This document shows positions 48,660-59,985 of a stretch of 64,000 nucleotides of DNA, piece after piece. The stretch covers positions 16,244,001-16,308,000 of the forward strand of contig NC_135669.1 of NCBI RefSeq assembly GCF_964188315.1. Reading direction: 5' to 3'. The number at the start of each line of letters is the position of its first letter. Within the stretch, counting starts at the first letter, position 1. Position numbers and translations under genes: made by a program. The notes beneath the pieces were generated by a model, which did not search any database, was not told the DNA's origin, and saw only the letters and a list, made by a program, of their open reading frames with translations. This DNA comes from Podarcis muralis (lineage: Eukaryota).

Positions 48660-49420
48660 GTGCCTTCCAGGCCAGCGTGCTGCATCACACTGGCTCTCTT
48701 TGCACGTCATTCTTTAATGGGTTGGTATGTTCTTTGCTGGGAACTCCTGATGACTTTGTAACTAACAGGGGACTCAAGAAAATTCACGGATGTGGCATAG
48801 TGGGAAAAGGCAGGGCAGAGAAGGCAGGGATTTCTGGTTATGTCCAGGGTGGGAAAACTTAAAAGCTGTCAGGAAGGCAGGTGAGGAAGATACGCTAGTC
48901 AGAGCGGCGGCAGCAGAAGGCAGGACTGCATTAACACCATGGGCCAGAAACTCTGGCTGAGTAGCCCCTCAGCACCCTCTTGGGAGCCCCTCAATTCTCT
49001 CTGCTGCCCAGGGACTGCTTGATGGGGAAGGGCAAGTAGCAAACACTTATTCCCTCGCCCCACAGGAAGTGGCAGTTGCGGGAAGAGCTGTGGTCCCACG
49101 TAACAGCACTCAGCTACCACAGCACTTGTTCCGCAGGATGTGGTCAAGGCAAGCGCAGCTGCGTTTTCAAGAAAGGCGAAAAACAGCTCCTACGTGCAAA
49201 AGGCATCGGAGTCCAATGTGTGGCTGCGCCTTTGTGCAAGTTGCTGACTTTGTGTGGAGCTTAAACTCTCAGAGCAAGCTACCCATCTTCCTTCAAAACA
49301 CATTCAGCCACACACCACTCAAAAGACTGCAATTTGTTTTCAGTAAAATAAGTAATTTAGAAAGGTATCCACCGCACACAAATGAGATGCAGTTTCGTTG
49401 GAAACTGGAGTTGCATTTCC

Positions 49421-49426
49421 TTTATT
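49421..49426 (-). promoter_or_regulatory. Candidate poly(A) signal of CD3 gamma/delta
   Basis: Minus-strand AATAAA about 360 nt after the stop; convergent with CD3E. Confidence 0.55.
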
Positions 49427-49784
49427 ATTATTGATTTCATTCTATTGATGCATTGCTTGCTATAAAACAGCTCAGAGCGAACAGACCATGTTCAAAGTGG
49501 ATCGCTGCAGAAACAACAAAAGTCCTTTTGGCTTTCTTAGTTATTAGAGCCCCTTCAAATCAGAGGGGAAAGTTGTGGGGAAGGAAGAACAAAGGGATAC
49601 CAGCTCAATAGTAGGGACAGGGGTTACATTTTGAAATGAAAGCACAGCAACAGTCAAACTATTTCTACACCCTTAAATATAGCTTGAAGCAACCTTCCCT
49701 TTGGAGCTCCCCATGGCCAAAGGAGGAGCCATCAGCAATTCACTCTTCGCTGCCACATCAGAGGAAAAATGCTTTGTCCCCTTA

Positions 49785-52647
49785 TCACCGGTGGCGGGTC
49801 TTGGCCACTCCGATGTGGCTGTACTGCCCATTGTTGCGTTCTCCGAGAGGCTGGAGGGGAAGAGAGGCCTGCGGTTAGAACAGGGGTCTGTACTGACCAA
49901 GGAGGATTTGGGCAAGACTAGGGAAGAAAAGAAAGCTGCTCTGTTTCCTGTAGAAGGATAGGTGTAAGTGCTTCTTCCACTTAAGAATGGAGGCTTAAGA
50001 ATGGCCTTTGACTCCAAGCCAGAGAGGAAAGGGCTGGGAGCACCAACACACCTCATATTTGGAAACAGCTGCAGCTTCTGTTTCAAGAGTTAAGGACTCT
50101 CCCTGCTTCCTTCTACAAGCCCCACATCACAGCAAACTTCAGTTGTCCAGAAAGAACTGCAGGTGTTCTCATCATCCATTTATTCTTCCTTTAATATATT
50201 TTTTTTCCAAATGAAGTTGCTTTGGGGATTTTCTGCCACCACAGTCTCTTCATTTTACCCCATTGGGTGGCTAATCTCTGGCCACGAGGGCTAGAAACTA
50301 GCTTTTTAAAATAACACACAGACAGAATCATGATTCCCAGGAGAATATATTGCCTCTGCAAAGCAGCACCCTAGGCTGAGGCAGAAGAAGCTTTGCAGAA
50401 GTCAAGGAATTCTTGGATGCAAAAGGCCCCTCATTTCACAGCTTGGGAGGAGCTGTCCAGGAAAACACCACCATGGAGGAGAGGAAGGGACTGACCACAG
50501 GCACACACTCACCTGGTAGAGCTGCTCATTGGCTAATAGGGTCTGCTTGTCAGAAGCTGCAAAGTCAAAACAGGAAATTTCAGGATGACTCCAAATGGGT
50601 GATTAACACAATTAAAAATTAAATATACCAGGTATGGGAGCGTGGATGCCAACATAGACATTGCTCCCTTTTTCAAGGCTGTTTCCCCATCTCCCAGGAA
50701 CTGCCTGTGCCCCAATGCTCACCCTGAGATCGTCGGCCCGGCTCCCCCGCAGCAATGCAGTACACGCCAACAGCCAGGAAAAACGTAGCCACGATGCTGG
50801 CCAGCAGAATCCCCATGATCGCGGCAACGTCCAGACGAATACAATTCTGGCACACTGTGTCAAGAGGGAGAGAACTCAACATGCATCCTATGCTCACAAG
50901 CACACCTGAGTTTTGTCCACATGTGGCTTGATTTGAATAGAGTGTGGCTCTGAGCACATGGAAACTGTACTAATTTTGATGTTTGCCACCCTGGGCTCCT
51001 TTGGGGGGAACGGGCAGGATAGAAATTTAACAAACGACAAGAATAATCAATACAGTGGTACATCGGGTTGCAGATGCTCCAGGTTACAGACACTTCAGGT
51101 TACAGACTCTGCTAACCCAGAAATAGTACCTCGGGTTAAGAACTTTGCTTCAGGATGAGAACAGAAATCGTGCAGCAGCGGCGCAGCGGGAGGCCCCATT
51201 AGCTAAAGTGGTGCTTCAGGTTAAGAACAGTTTCAGGTTAAGAACAGACCTCCAGAACAAATTAAGTTCTTAACTTGAGGTACCACTGTAAATGGATGGT
51301 CCCTCGCCACTGAGTGACTAGAAACACCCAGCGCTTTTGTGGGGGGGGGATGCAGGGCTACGCATACCCCTAAACATTTTGTGAATCTTTGTACTTTTGT
51401 CCATTTACTGTATTTATTTCCCCCGATTTGAACTATAAAATGGTGATTTTCTGGAGTCAAAATGAGAGTAACCCTAAACATATTTTTTTTGTTTGTTTTG
51501 AAAAAAAGCACTGGAAACAGCCATTTGCCACCTGGGACTAGATGAAAAGCACTTCTGCTTGTAGGGTGGGTTTTCTAGCTAAACACAACTCCTAACATCC
51601 AAACAGCCCATCAACCCAACAAAACAAACCCCGGAGCCCAGGGACGGTTGCTGCACCACAACCAGCAGAGAGACCTGCGCAATATGCTTAGCAGGATACT
51701 TACCACTAACAAAAGAACAAGCCAGCTGAGAGGCTTAAAAATGGAACAGAAATAAATTTTGTCACTCAAAATTCTCATCTGAAAAGTATTCTAAGTTTGA
51801 TGTCATTGTGTGACATCCAATGATATTTGATATTTGATTTCAACTTCTTTAAAAAATGCAATCACAGTCAGATCTGATGTGAGCAAAGGCGTTTAGTATT
51901 TGACAGCTCCCATGCAGAAGCTGCCAATCTTTGATGGTGTCTGAGATCTTCCATGCAACAGCAGGTAGTAAAACATCTGCTTTTGAAATAAGATTGTTCA
52001 TTTAATTTAACCAATTACGGTAATTAGGAAACAAGCCCCAGAAAAAGATAGTACTCTCTACCATATGCGGTGATCTTGTAAGAGAGTAAAAGCTTTATGG
52101 GAAATGATTTATAACGAATTGAAGAAAATGTTTAAGATAACTTTTAACAAAAAAACAGAAGCTTTTCTTTTAGGGATAGTAGATAGTGAGATACCAAAAC
52201 ACCCCCCCCCCCCAAATTGTTTATGTATGCCACGACTGCAGCTAGAATGGTTTTTGCCCAGAGATGGAAAGAAGCTGTAGTACCAACCCTGGAAAAGTGG
52301 CTAATTAAATTAATGGATTATTTTGAACTGTCAAGGTTAACGGGTGTAATAAGAAACCAAGAAGAAGAATAAATTATTAAAGATTGGGGGAAATTTGTGG
52401 AAAATTTGTAAAACTTATGTATGCAAATAGCTCATTAGTAGGATTAATGTAAAACAAGTGGTTAAGCATATTATTATGGGAAACTAAAGAATAACTTTAG
52501 ATGGAGTAATGTGGAAAATCCAGCATGAAAATTAAAATCAAAAGGAAAGCACAAAAGGGAGGAAGTCAAATATATGTGCATTAGAAATGTGTGTACCATA
52601 ATTTGTGTTTTTGCAATTTGTATGATTGCAAAAAAAAATTTGAAAAA

Positions 52648-52691
<44 letters not shown>

Positions 52692-55600
52692 GGTTTTGGT
52701 GTCCTCGGGTGTCTTCCCGTGTAAAAGTTGGGGTGTCTAGGCGACGTTTCGACGAGGTCTCACTCGTCATCTTCAGGCTGGTGCTTTCGGCTTCTTGTTA
52801 CTGGAACAGAGCAGGATCTCAGTGTTTGAGTTCCTATAAATACTGTTGAGGGGTGTGGTGAGGAAGTTCCCAGGCTAGTGTGCCTTTTCTTCTTTTGTTC
52901 CTTAGTTGCTTGAGGGATATCTTGAGTGATTTCTTGAGTGATATCCTGAGTACCACTTAGGTGGGTCATTAGGTGTGGATTAGTTGCTAAAGCCTTAGTG
53001 TCTTGACCTCTTGAACTTTGTGAAGAGTTTTTCTGAGAAGATGGCTGTAGTTGTGCTCTGGCTTGGCTTCGTGTATAGGGGCGAGCTGTGGTTTTGTGGC
53101 CTGTGCCAGCCAGATCTGTGTAGGGATTGCAGGGGGGTGCAGCATCCGGAGGTGCCATCATGGTTTGGCTACTGGATGGTGTCTGTAATTTATCTGTGGA
53201 GAGGGTCTGGGTTGGGGTCTGGTGTGGTTGATTGGTGATGGCGTTCTGTGTGCCTCTGGATCTGGTGTCAGTTTTTGTGGGGAGGGCTAATTTCCAGATG
53301 TCTGGCAAGCGGGATGTGTCGTCACGCTTGTTCATGTTGTGAGGGTGTTTCTCTATCTCGATGGCTTCCATGATTATTCTCTTGTGGTGATGTTCCATGT
53401 TAGAGAGCAATTTGGAATCTGCAAAATTAATTTCGTGTCCTGTTTCTTTCATGTGTTGGAAAAGAGAGGAAGTTTTTTCTTCTTTTTTGACGGCATTCTT
53501 GTGTTCTGCGATACGTGCATTTATTCGTCTGTTTGTTTGTCCAATGTACGTGGCTGGGCAGACTTTGCAGGGTATTTCATAGACCCCTTGGTTTTCCAAC
53601 TGGATTTTATCCTTGGGGTTTCTGAGGATATTGGCTATCTTTTGGTTGGCGCAAAAGGCTGTTTTGATATTGTGTTTATGGAGGATTTTGCTAATTTTAT
53701 CTGTGGTGCCCTTGATATAAGGAAGGAGGGCCATGCCATTGTTTTCTTCTGTGTCTTGGTTTTTGGGGGGTGTTTCTTTTTGGATTAGCTTCGTAACCCT
53801 GTTTTGCTGGTATCCATTGGCAATTAACACATTTGAGAGATTCTGTAACTCAGTTGTCAAGTGGTCTTTGTCAGCCAGGCGTTTGGTTCTGGAGATGAGA
53901 GTCTTGGCTACGGAGTTTATTTGTGCAGGGTGGTGGTGTGATTGTGCATGTAAGTAGCGGTTGGTGTGTGTTTTTTTCCGGTAGATAGTGTGTCCTAGGG
54001 AGCCATCAGGTTTTTTGTAGATTAGGACGTCAAGGAAGGGAAGTTGGTTGTTGGCTTCTATTTCCATAGTGAATTGTATTTTGGGGTGTAGGCTGTTGAG
54101 ATGTGTGAGGAAGCTGTCCAGTTTTTCCTTCCCGTGTGGCCAAATTACAAAGGTGTCGTCAACATATCTGAGCCAAAGTTTGGGTTTGTGTTCTGACTTG
54201 TCTAAAGCATTGGTTTCAAAGTGTTCCATGTACAGGTTTGCGATGACCGGTGAGAGGGGTGATCCCATAGGTGCTCCTTCTATCTGTTTGTATCTTTGTC
54301 CATTGTGGATGAAGTACGTGTTGGTTAGGCAGTGGTTGGTCAGGTCCAAGATGTATTCGGGGGGATTGTATTTGTTTTGAATGGCTGTCAAGGCTTCATT
54401 AATGGGCCTAATAATCATGGAAGCCATCGAGATAGAGAAACACCCTCACAACATGAACAAGCGTGACGACACATCCCGCTTGCCAGACATCTGGAAATTA
54501 GCCCTCCCCACAAAAACTGACACCAGATCCAGAGGCACACAGAACGCCATCACCAATCAACCACACCAGACCCAAACCCAGACCCTCTCCACAGATAAAT
54601 TACAGACACCATCCAGTAGCCAAACCATGATGGCACCTCCGGATGCTGCACCCCCCTGCAATCCCTACACAGATCTGGCTGGCACAGGCCACAAAACCAC
54701 AGCTCGCCCCTATACACGAAGCCAAGCCAGAGCACAACTACAGCCATCTTCTCAGAAAAACTCTTCACAAAGTTCAAGAGGTCAAGACACTAAGGCTTTA
54801 GCAACTAATCCACACCTAATGACCCACCTAAGTGGTACTCAGGATATCACTCAAGAAATCACTCAAGATATCCCTCAAGCAACTAAGGAACAAAAGAAGA
54901 AAAGGCACACTAGCCTGGGAACTTCCTCACCACACCCCTCAACAGTATTTATAGGAACTCAAACACTGAGATCCTGCTCTGTTCCAGTAACAAGAAGCCG
55001 AAAGCACCAGCCTGAAGATGACGAGTGAGACCTCGTCGAAACGTCGCCTAGACACCCCAACTTTTACACGGGAAGACACCCGAGGACACCAAAACCTGCA
55101 TACCTATACCCGTGAAAATCTACGAAAGCAAATATATATATATATATATACCGTATATATGGAAACAAAGAAAGCAGGCTCCACCAGGGCCGTTGACAAC
55201 ATCACAACTGCCAGGCTAAGCACCTTCACACTGGACAGGGTTGTCGTAGTCCCCACCAAGTGGCCACAAATCTGGGTGTGTCCCCTTCCCACCACCCTCT
55301 CAGTTGTGTGACTCTCTGGACTAGCACTGCTTTCCTGTCCCTTCACATGGGGGAGGAAGGGCTCACGCACTTCGGACGAACACCTGAAGACGTGCGCTAC
55401 TGCACTCGAAGACACCTCTCGGGTCATCCAGGATGTCACCCAAAGACAGGCTAGAGTTTCCGTGGTTTAATGCATTCCCATCTTTCCTCCAGCTTATTGG
55501 GAGGTTTTTATCCTCCGCTTCGCAGTAGAGGACAATGTTATTCTTCTGCTGCTTCACCGTGATGGAATCCTCAGCAATACCTATGAGAAAGGAATGACAA

Positions 55601-56483
55601 GGTGGAGGAAAACACCCGCAGCAGAGCCCTTGGGTCCATCTAGCACTCAGAGGGACCCAAGATCAGCCACAGCTGGGATGCATGAAGGAAGACCACAACC
55701 GTAAGGTAAAGGCCCTTTTACAGGAACGCCCATAAGTGATGAAAAACATAGACCATATTGCTTGTGCTGGAAGAGGAGGAAGCTACTAGGCTGACCCCCT
55801 CCTGCCATGCAGAAATATATAGTTGTCCCATATGGGGATCGAACCTGCAACCTTGGCGTTATCAGCACCATACTCTAACCAACTGAGTTATGAAGAAAGG
55901 TAAGTCATTCCACTATCCAATAAAAGAGGGAGGGAATTAAGTTGTGCCAATAGTCAGCCACAACATCACACTATTCCACCCACTTCTGAAACAGAAACAG
56001 AAATGTTTTGTGGGAAGGGACTTATTGGTGTCAAGGAGTGGTAGCGATGCCCACATCTGGACACAGACATCAGGACAATGTCTGCAGCCCAAACACAAAC
56101 ACCTGCATCTTCACACTGCAAAACAATGGAAGCAATCACTCGGTGTTCAGCAGCAGTGGCAGAATGAAAAGGACAAATACCACACTAAGGGACAGCTAGG
56201 AAAGGGACTGACAATAAGATGGACACAGCATTGTGTAAATCTACAGTGTGGCTGCATTTGAACTACTGGCTGCCACATCTCGATAAGGACACCAAAGAGC
56301 TAAAGAAAAAAAAGTGGGGGCAGCCAAAATGATTAAGAGGCTAGAACACCCTGTGTCACAAGGAAAAGCTAATGTGTTTGTGGTGTCTTCGTTTTAAAAA
56401 AATGGTGATGGGGAGAAGGGGCATGATTGAGGTTTATGAAATTATGCACATTGGACAGAGGAAAGTCTGCTTCTGCTCCTCTC

Positions 56484-56545
<62 letters not shown>

Positions 56546-57158
56546 CTACTACAACCCAGAGTCGTACAATGAAGTGGAAGAGTAGGACATTCATCAGAGA
56601 GGGAGAGGGAGAGAGACGCAGATGAATATATTTCTTGTGGAATTCTCTGGTACAAGATGTGGTGATGACAGCTATTATTAACGTAGATTGGTGATTGATC
56701 CTGATGGCCAAATGGAACCTGTCTCCTGTGGTTGGTGGTTCTGCTTTATCCTTTGAACAAGGCACTGACATTTCATAGGGTCCAACAATAAGAGTCCAGC
56801 CAGTAAGACCTGATGCCTTTCAGGGTGGGACACAGAAGGTAAATGTGGCGAGCATCTTCTTTTCAAGCATTTGATACATACAGGTTTTGGGAAGCGTTTT
56901 AGAGCACAGTTACAGGCAAAAATAATATGGGAAAGGATCTGTCAATGAACATTATAAGGTGAATTGGTTAGTTGCCTCTCTTTGTCTTCCCACTCAAGGA
57001 CCCAACTTCTTCACTTTTCTGTCTTTGTTCCCCCGCCTCCACAAATGTCAGATCCTTTCCTGAGGCTGGACTCAAGGGCCTTTGAGTGAGGTCCTACCTT
57101 TGGAGAAGAGCAATCCAAAGAGGAAGGCTGCACACAAGAGATGCTGGCTGCGTCCCAT
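49785..57158 (-). CDS. CD3D: CD3 gamma/delta chain (single non-mammalian CD3D/G homologue); exons 57098-57158, 55371-55580, 50723-50854, 50513-50556, 49785-49850 (513 nt, 170 aa)
   Basis: Translation: MGRSQHLLCAAFLFGLLFSK|GIAEDS...LYCEAE...WRKDG...LGDILDDPRGVFEC...LQVFVR|MCQNCIRLD...VYCIA...|ASDKQTLLANEQLYQ|PLGERNNGQYSHIG...*. CxxC, the DxxxLL di-leucine motif and the ITAM are present. The five-exon layout is delta-like. Confidence 0.93.
51051..51290. mobile_element. Tc1/mariner-type MITE, family A
   Basis: TA TSD, the same TIRs and the same body. Confidence 0.88.
52050..52648 (+). mobile_element. L1 3' fragment (its tail is the Penelope insertion site)
   Basis: Degenerate ORF2 end (TTAARMVFAQRWKEAVVPTLEKWL) homologous to 23140-23445, with an A-rich tail. 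Confidence 0.75.
52743..52776 (-). ncRNA. Second copy of the minimal hammerhead motif (same sense as the CD3 gamma/delta pre-mRNA)
   Basis: Exact reverse complement of 55012-55045. Confidence 0.65.
55012..55045 (+). ncRNA. Minimal type I hammerhead ribozyme motif in the Penelope pseudo-LTR
   Basis: CUGAAGA-U, helix II GACGAG/CUCGUC, GAAA, palindromic ACGU and a GUC cleavage triplet. Helix I is weak. Confidence 0.65.
55795..55893 (-). mobile_element. tRNA(Ile)-derived SINE
   Basis: Minus strand taactcagttggttagagtatggtgctgataacgccaaggttgcaggttcgatcccc, then a degenerate SINE tail. Confidence 0.65.
56482..56542. repeat. Compound (CT)n-(CA)n microsatellite
   Basis: Direct reading. Confidence 0.95.
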
Positions 57159-59003
57159 GACCCTTCTTCAGAGTGTGTGTTGATAACCCGCTTATTCTTT
57201 CCCTTGAAATGAAATTGCTCACTTTGCAAAAAGACACCCACAAAGAAGTGCCCTTTGCTCAGTGCTGTGCTGAGCTGGATATGAAAGTAGAAGAAAACAT
57301 CTCTGTAGTCAGCCAAGAACAGGAAACCTGTGGGTGGGAGGCCTCTCTGTCCCCACCGTGCAGGGAAATGAACGAGTGAATAGATGTTAAGAAAGAGTAC
57401 AATTTCCGAAAAGAATCACTGGGGCGGGGGGGGGGGTGCTCTTGTGTTTGAGTCCAGCTTGAGAGTTTCTCACAGGCAGGTAGGATTGTATGTGAATAGG
57501 ATGCTGGACTTGAAAGGTCATTGATCTAATCCAGCAGCCCCTTCTCATGTTCTTAAATGGAAGGAAATAGCCTGCAGAACATGGAAATTTAACTGATTCC
57601 TCACCACACACTATTCCCCCCTCCCCCACTACCAGATCTGCCAACTTCATGAACTGTTGTCTAGAGAAATGGTGTACTCGCTGGGGGTGGCATGCAGCCA
57701 TCACACCATCAGAGGGTGGGTATTTTGGTGGGGCCAATGGTGAGGTGAATCCTGGAAACCCAAAACAGCCGCAGGCAGAAAATGACAATTGTGGGCTGGG
57801 GCAAGGTGGGATATAACTTCCACTGTGGCATTACAAAGCACTGTCTAGTATATGAGAAAGATGGATTGCATCGCAGGGTTGTTGTATAACTCCCCCTCTC
57901 CTCTCCATTGGATAGGGTGGTTTTCTCCATGTCCTGTGTGTGGGCTTCCCAAGAAGGCATCTGGTTGATGACTGGAAAACAGCAGGCTGAATAAGATGGA
58001 TCCCCATTGGGTCTGGTCCAGCGACACAGCTCTACTTAAATTTGGCCACAGCTCTCATACTGCAATATGGAGATAATACTTGTGGATTTGATTTTCATTT
58101 CTGAAATATTTTAAAGAACCATTTAAAACGGCATTGATTTTTCACAAGAATATCTGAGTATGAAACAGAATGAACTCGGCTGCAGTGCTAGAACAGATAT
58201 ACAGATATAGAAAGAGTGTGTATGAACTTCCACCACCACTTCTATATGTGTGGGCAGAGGGTAAGGATGGATATGCTGCTGTCCAAACAGAGCTACACAA
58301 AAGCAAAGCAAAACTGGGTCTCTAGCCATTGTTTCATATGAACAGCTGTCACTTTTACCTTGGTGGACAAAGTGGGAAAGCAAGGCTTCAAATACAGCCA
58401 GGAAGTCCCGCCTTCAGAAACGTGAACGGTCAGTCTGATCCTATTACAGAGCTACGATTTCAAAGTGTTTACAGTTTAAAGAACCTTCAGAGCAGTTATT
58501 GAGCTTCTGTAGCATCGGTTGCAAGCAAAAAGCAACGAAGAGGCCCGTGGCTCCTCGTGTTCCAACAAATATCCTTATGCTATAATCTTTCGAGGGCAAG
58601 AGGCCACTTCCTCGGATGCATCACCCTCAGTTGCAATTGCAGGGATATGAAACACACATCATCATATATATATAATTTTTTATTAGTTTTTTTAACATAT
58701 CATTTTCAACAGTAATTAAACATACTTTTACATCTTATTCAAATTTTTCACTTCCATCAATCCTGTCTGAAACACATCATCATGGCTGTAAGCGGGGACG
58801 GGGGACGACTTGTGTCCAGGGAAGCTGCGGGGCAGGACCTCCTGCCATTCTTAGGAGAGCTATTGGGAGTCAGAGGGGGCGATTTCACCCTCCCAGCTGT
58901 CCCTAGTCAGAGCAAACTGCCCTGCAAGCCTTTCGCGAGATGTGATCCTTCGGCCGCAGCCCCCTCTCTACAACTTGCGGCGTGAGGACGGCAGAATGTA
59001 CAG

Positions 59004-59233
59004 TACAATGGTACCTCAGGTTAAATACTTGATTCGTTCTGGAGGTCCGTTCTTATCCTGAAACTTTTCTTAACCTGAAGCACCACTTTAGCTAATGGGG
59101 CCTCCTGCTGCCGCCGCGCCGCCGGAGCCCGATTTCTGTTCTTATCCTGAAGCAAAGTTCTTAACCTGAAGCACTATTTCTGGGTTAGCGGAGTCTGTAA
59201 CCTGAAGCGTATGTCACCCGAGGTACCACTGTA
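59004..59233. mobile_element. Tc1/mariner-type MITE, family A
   Basis: TA TSD, the same TIRs and the same body, in the orientation of the 9925 copy. Confidence 0.88.
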
Positions 59234-59499
59234 TTTGTTTTGGAACTGGCGTTGGCTAATTTTGCAAATACTGGAACTTACGGGTGGCGGTTTGTGGGAG
59301 AAGCAAACGTTTCCTACGAGGCGACAACCGTGTCTTCTGCTACCTTCGGGGCGCAGTGCAAGGAATGGCTGCTGCCCAGGGAACAGCTGTATTAAAAAGC
59401 TTAGATTTTACACCTCTCAAAAAGGGAAATAGGAAGCGAGCTAGGAACACAACCACGTAGTCCTCTCTTACTTTTTCCTATCTCTGTGGCTCTAATTTC

Positions 59500-59664
59500 T
59501 CTCTCTCTCTCTCCCCGCCCCGCCCCCATGCGTTCCCGCCTCCCCTTCTTCCATTGGTGGGGCCCGCTTCCGACCCTGTACGATGACGTGTTGCCGCGAT
59601 CCAGTGGCGTCACGCGTTGTCAAGTTTACTGACTGGGAAGTGGTCTCGAAGCGGTCGCGGACCG
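59500..59664 (+). promoter_or_regulatory. UBE4A: UBE4A CpG-island promoter and probable non-coding exon 1
   Basis: CpG-rich, with GC boxes, reverse CCAAT (ATTGG 59553-59557), CRE-like TGACGT (59584-59589), donor CCG|GTAAGC at 59664/59665 and acceptor ccccag| at 59957. Confidence 0.7.
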
Positions 59665-59985
59665 GTAAGCAGGCGAAGAAGCGGCGGGTCCGGTTGCTCC
59701 GAGCCTTGGGCTGGAAGGGCCAGGCCAGGCCGGTGGGGTTGCCCTGGTTTGGGGGAGCCTTGGTGCGGTGCGGGTTGCTCGGCCCAGCCGGGAGGCCCTC
59801 CGTGCGCGGGAGCCGCCGTCACCGTCGCCTCCTGGCCCGGCGCTTCTGCCGCAGCTGCGGGTCAGCGGCGTCGGGCCTTCCTAGGCTCCCTCCTCGGGCC
59901 CTGGAAAGAGGGCTTCCGAGGCGGCCTCTGAGGCCCTTCTCTCGCTTTGGTCCCCAGCCCTGGATGGAGTTCGCCTGGCGGGGAA

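Larger units (their letters stand above)
52687..55130 (-). mobile_element. Penelope-like element (5'-truncated RT plus GIY-YIG ORF on -) with an inverted 3' copy (pseudo-LTR) on +
   Basis: ORF 52760-54427 is uninterrupted and has RT motifs (GAPMGSPLSP, RYVDD, LPFLDV) and the GIY-YIG endonuclease (GVYEIPC...YIGQT). 54410-55101 is the reverse complement of 52687-53378. Flanked on both sides by (TA)n. Confidence 0.93.

Noticed and set aside
54381-55028. 215-aa plus-strand ORF as an independent gene
   Set aside because: It is the inverted duplicate of the Penelope ORF C-terminus, with a fortuitous ATG from the junction.
55828-55893. tRNA-Ile gene (and a tRNA-Lys gene at 4822)
   Set aside because: Acceptor stems are broken, and both run into CR1-type SINE tails; they are SINE heads.
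58123-58400. MARDPVLLCFCVALFG (ATG 58329, minus) as the CD3 gamma/delta signal exon
   Set aside because: No suitable phase-1 GT donor follows; 57098-57158 fits perfectly. The nearby donor CAAG|GTAAAA could mark a non-coding exon but has no other support.
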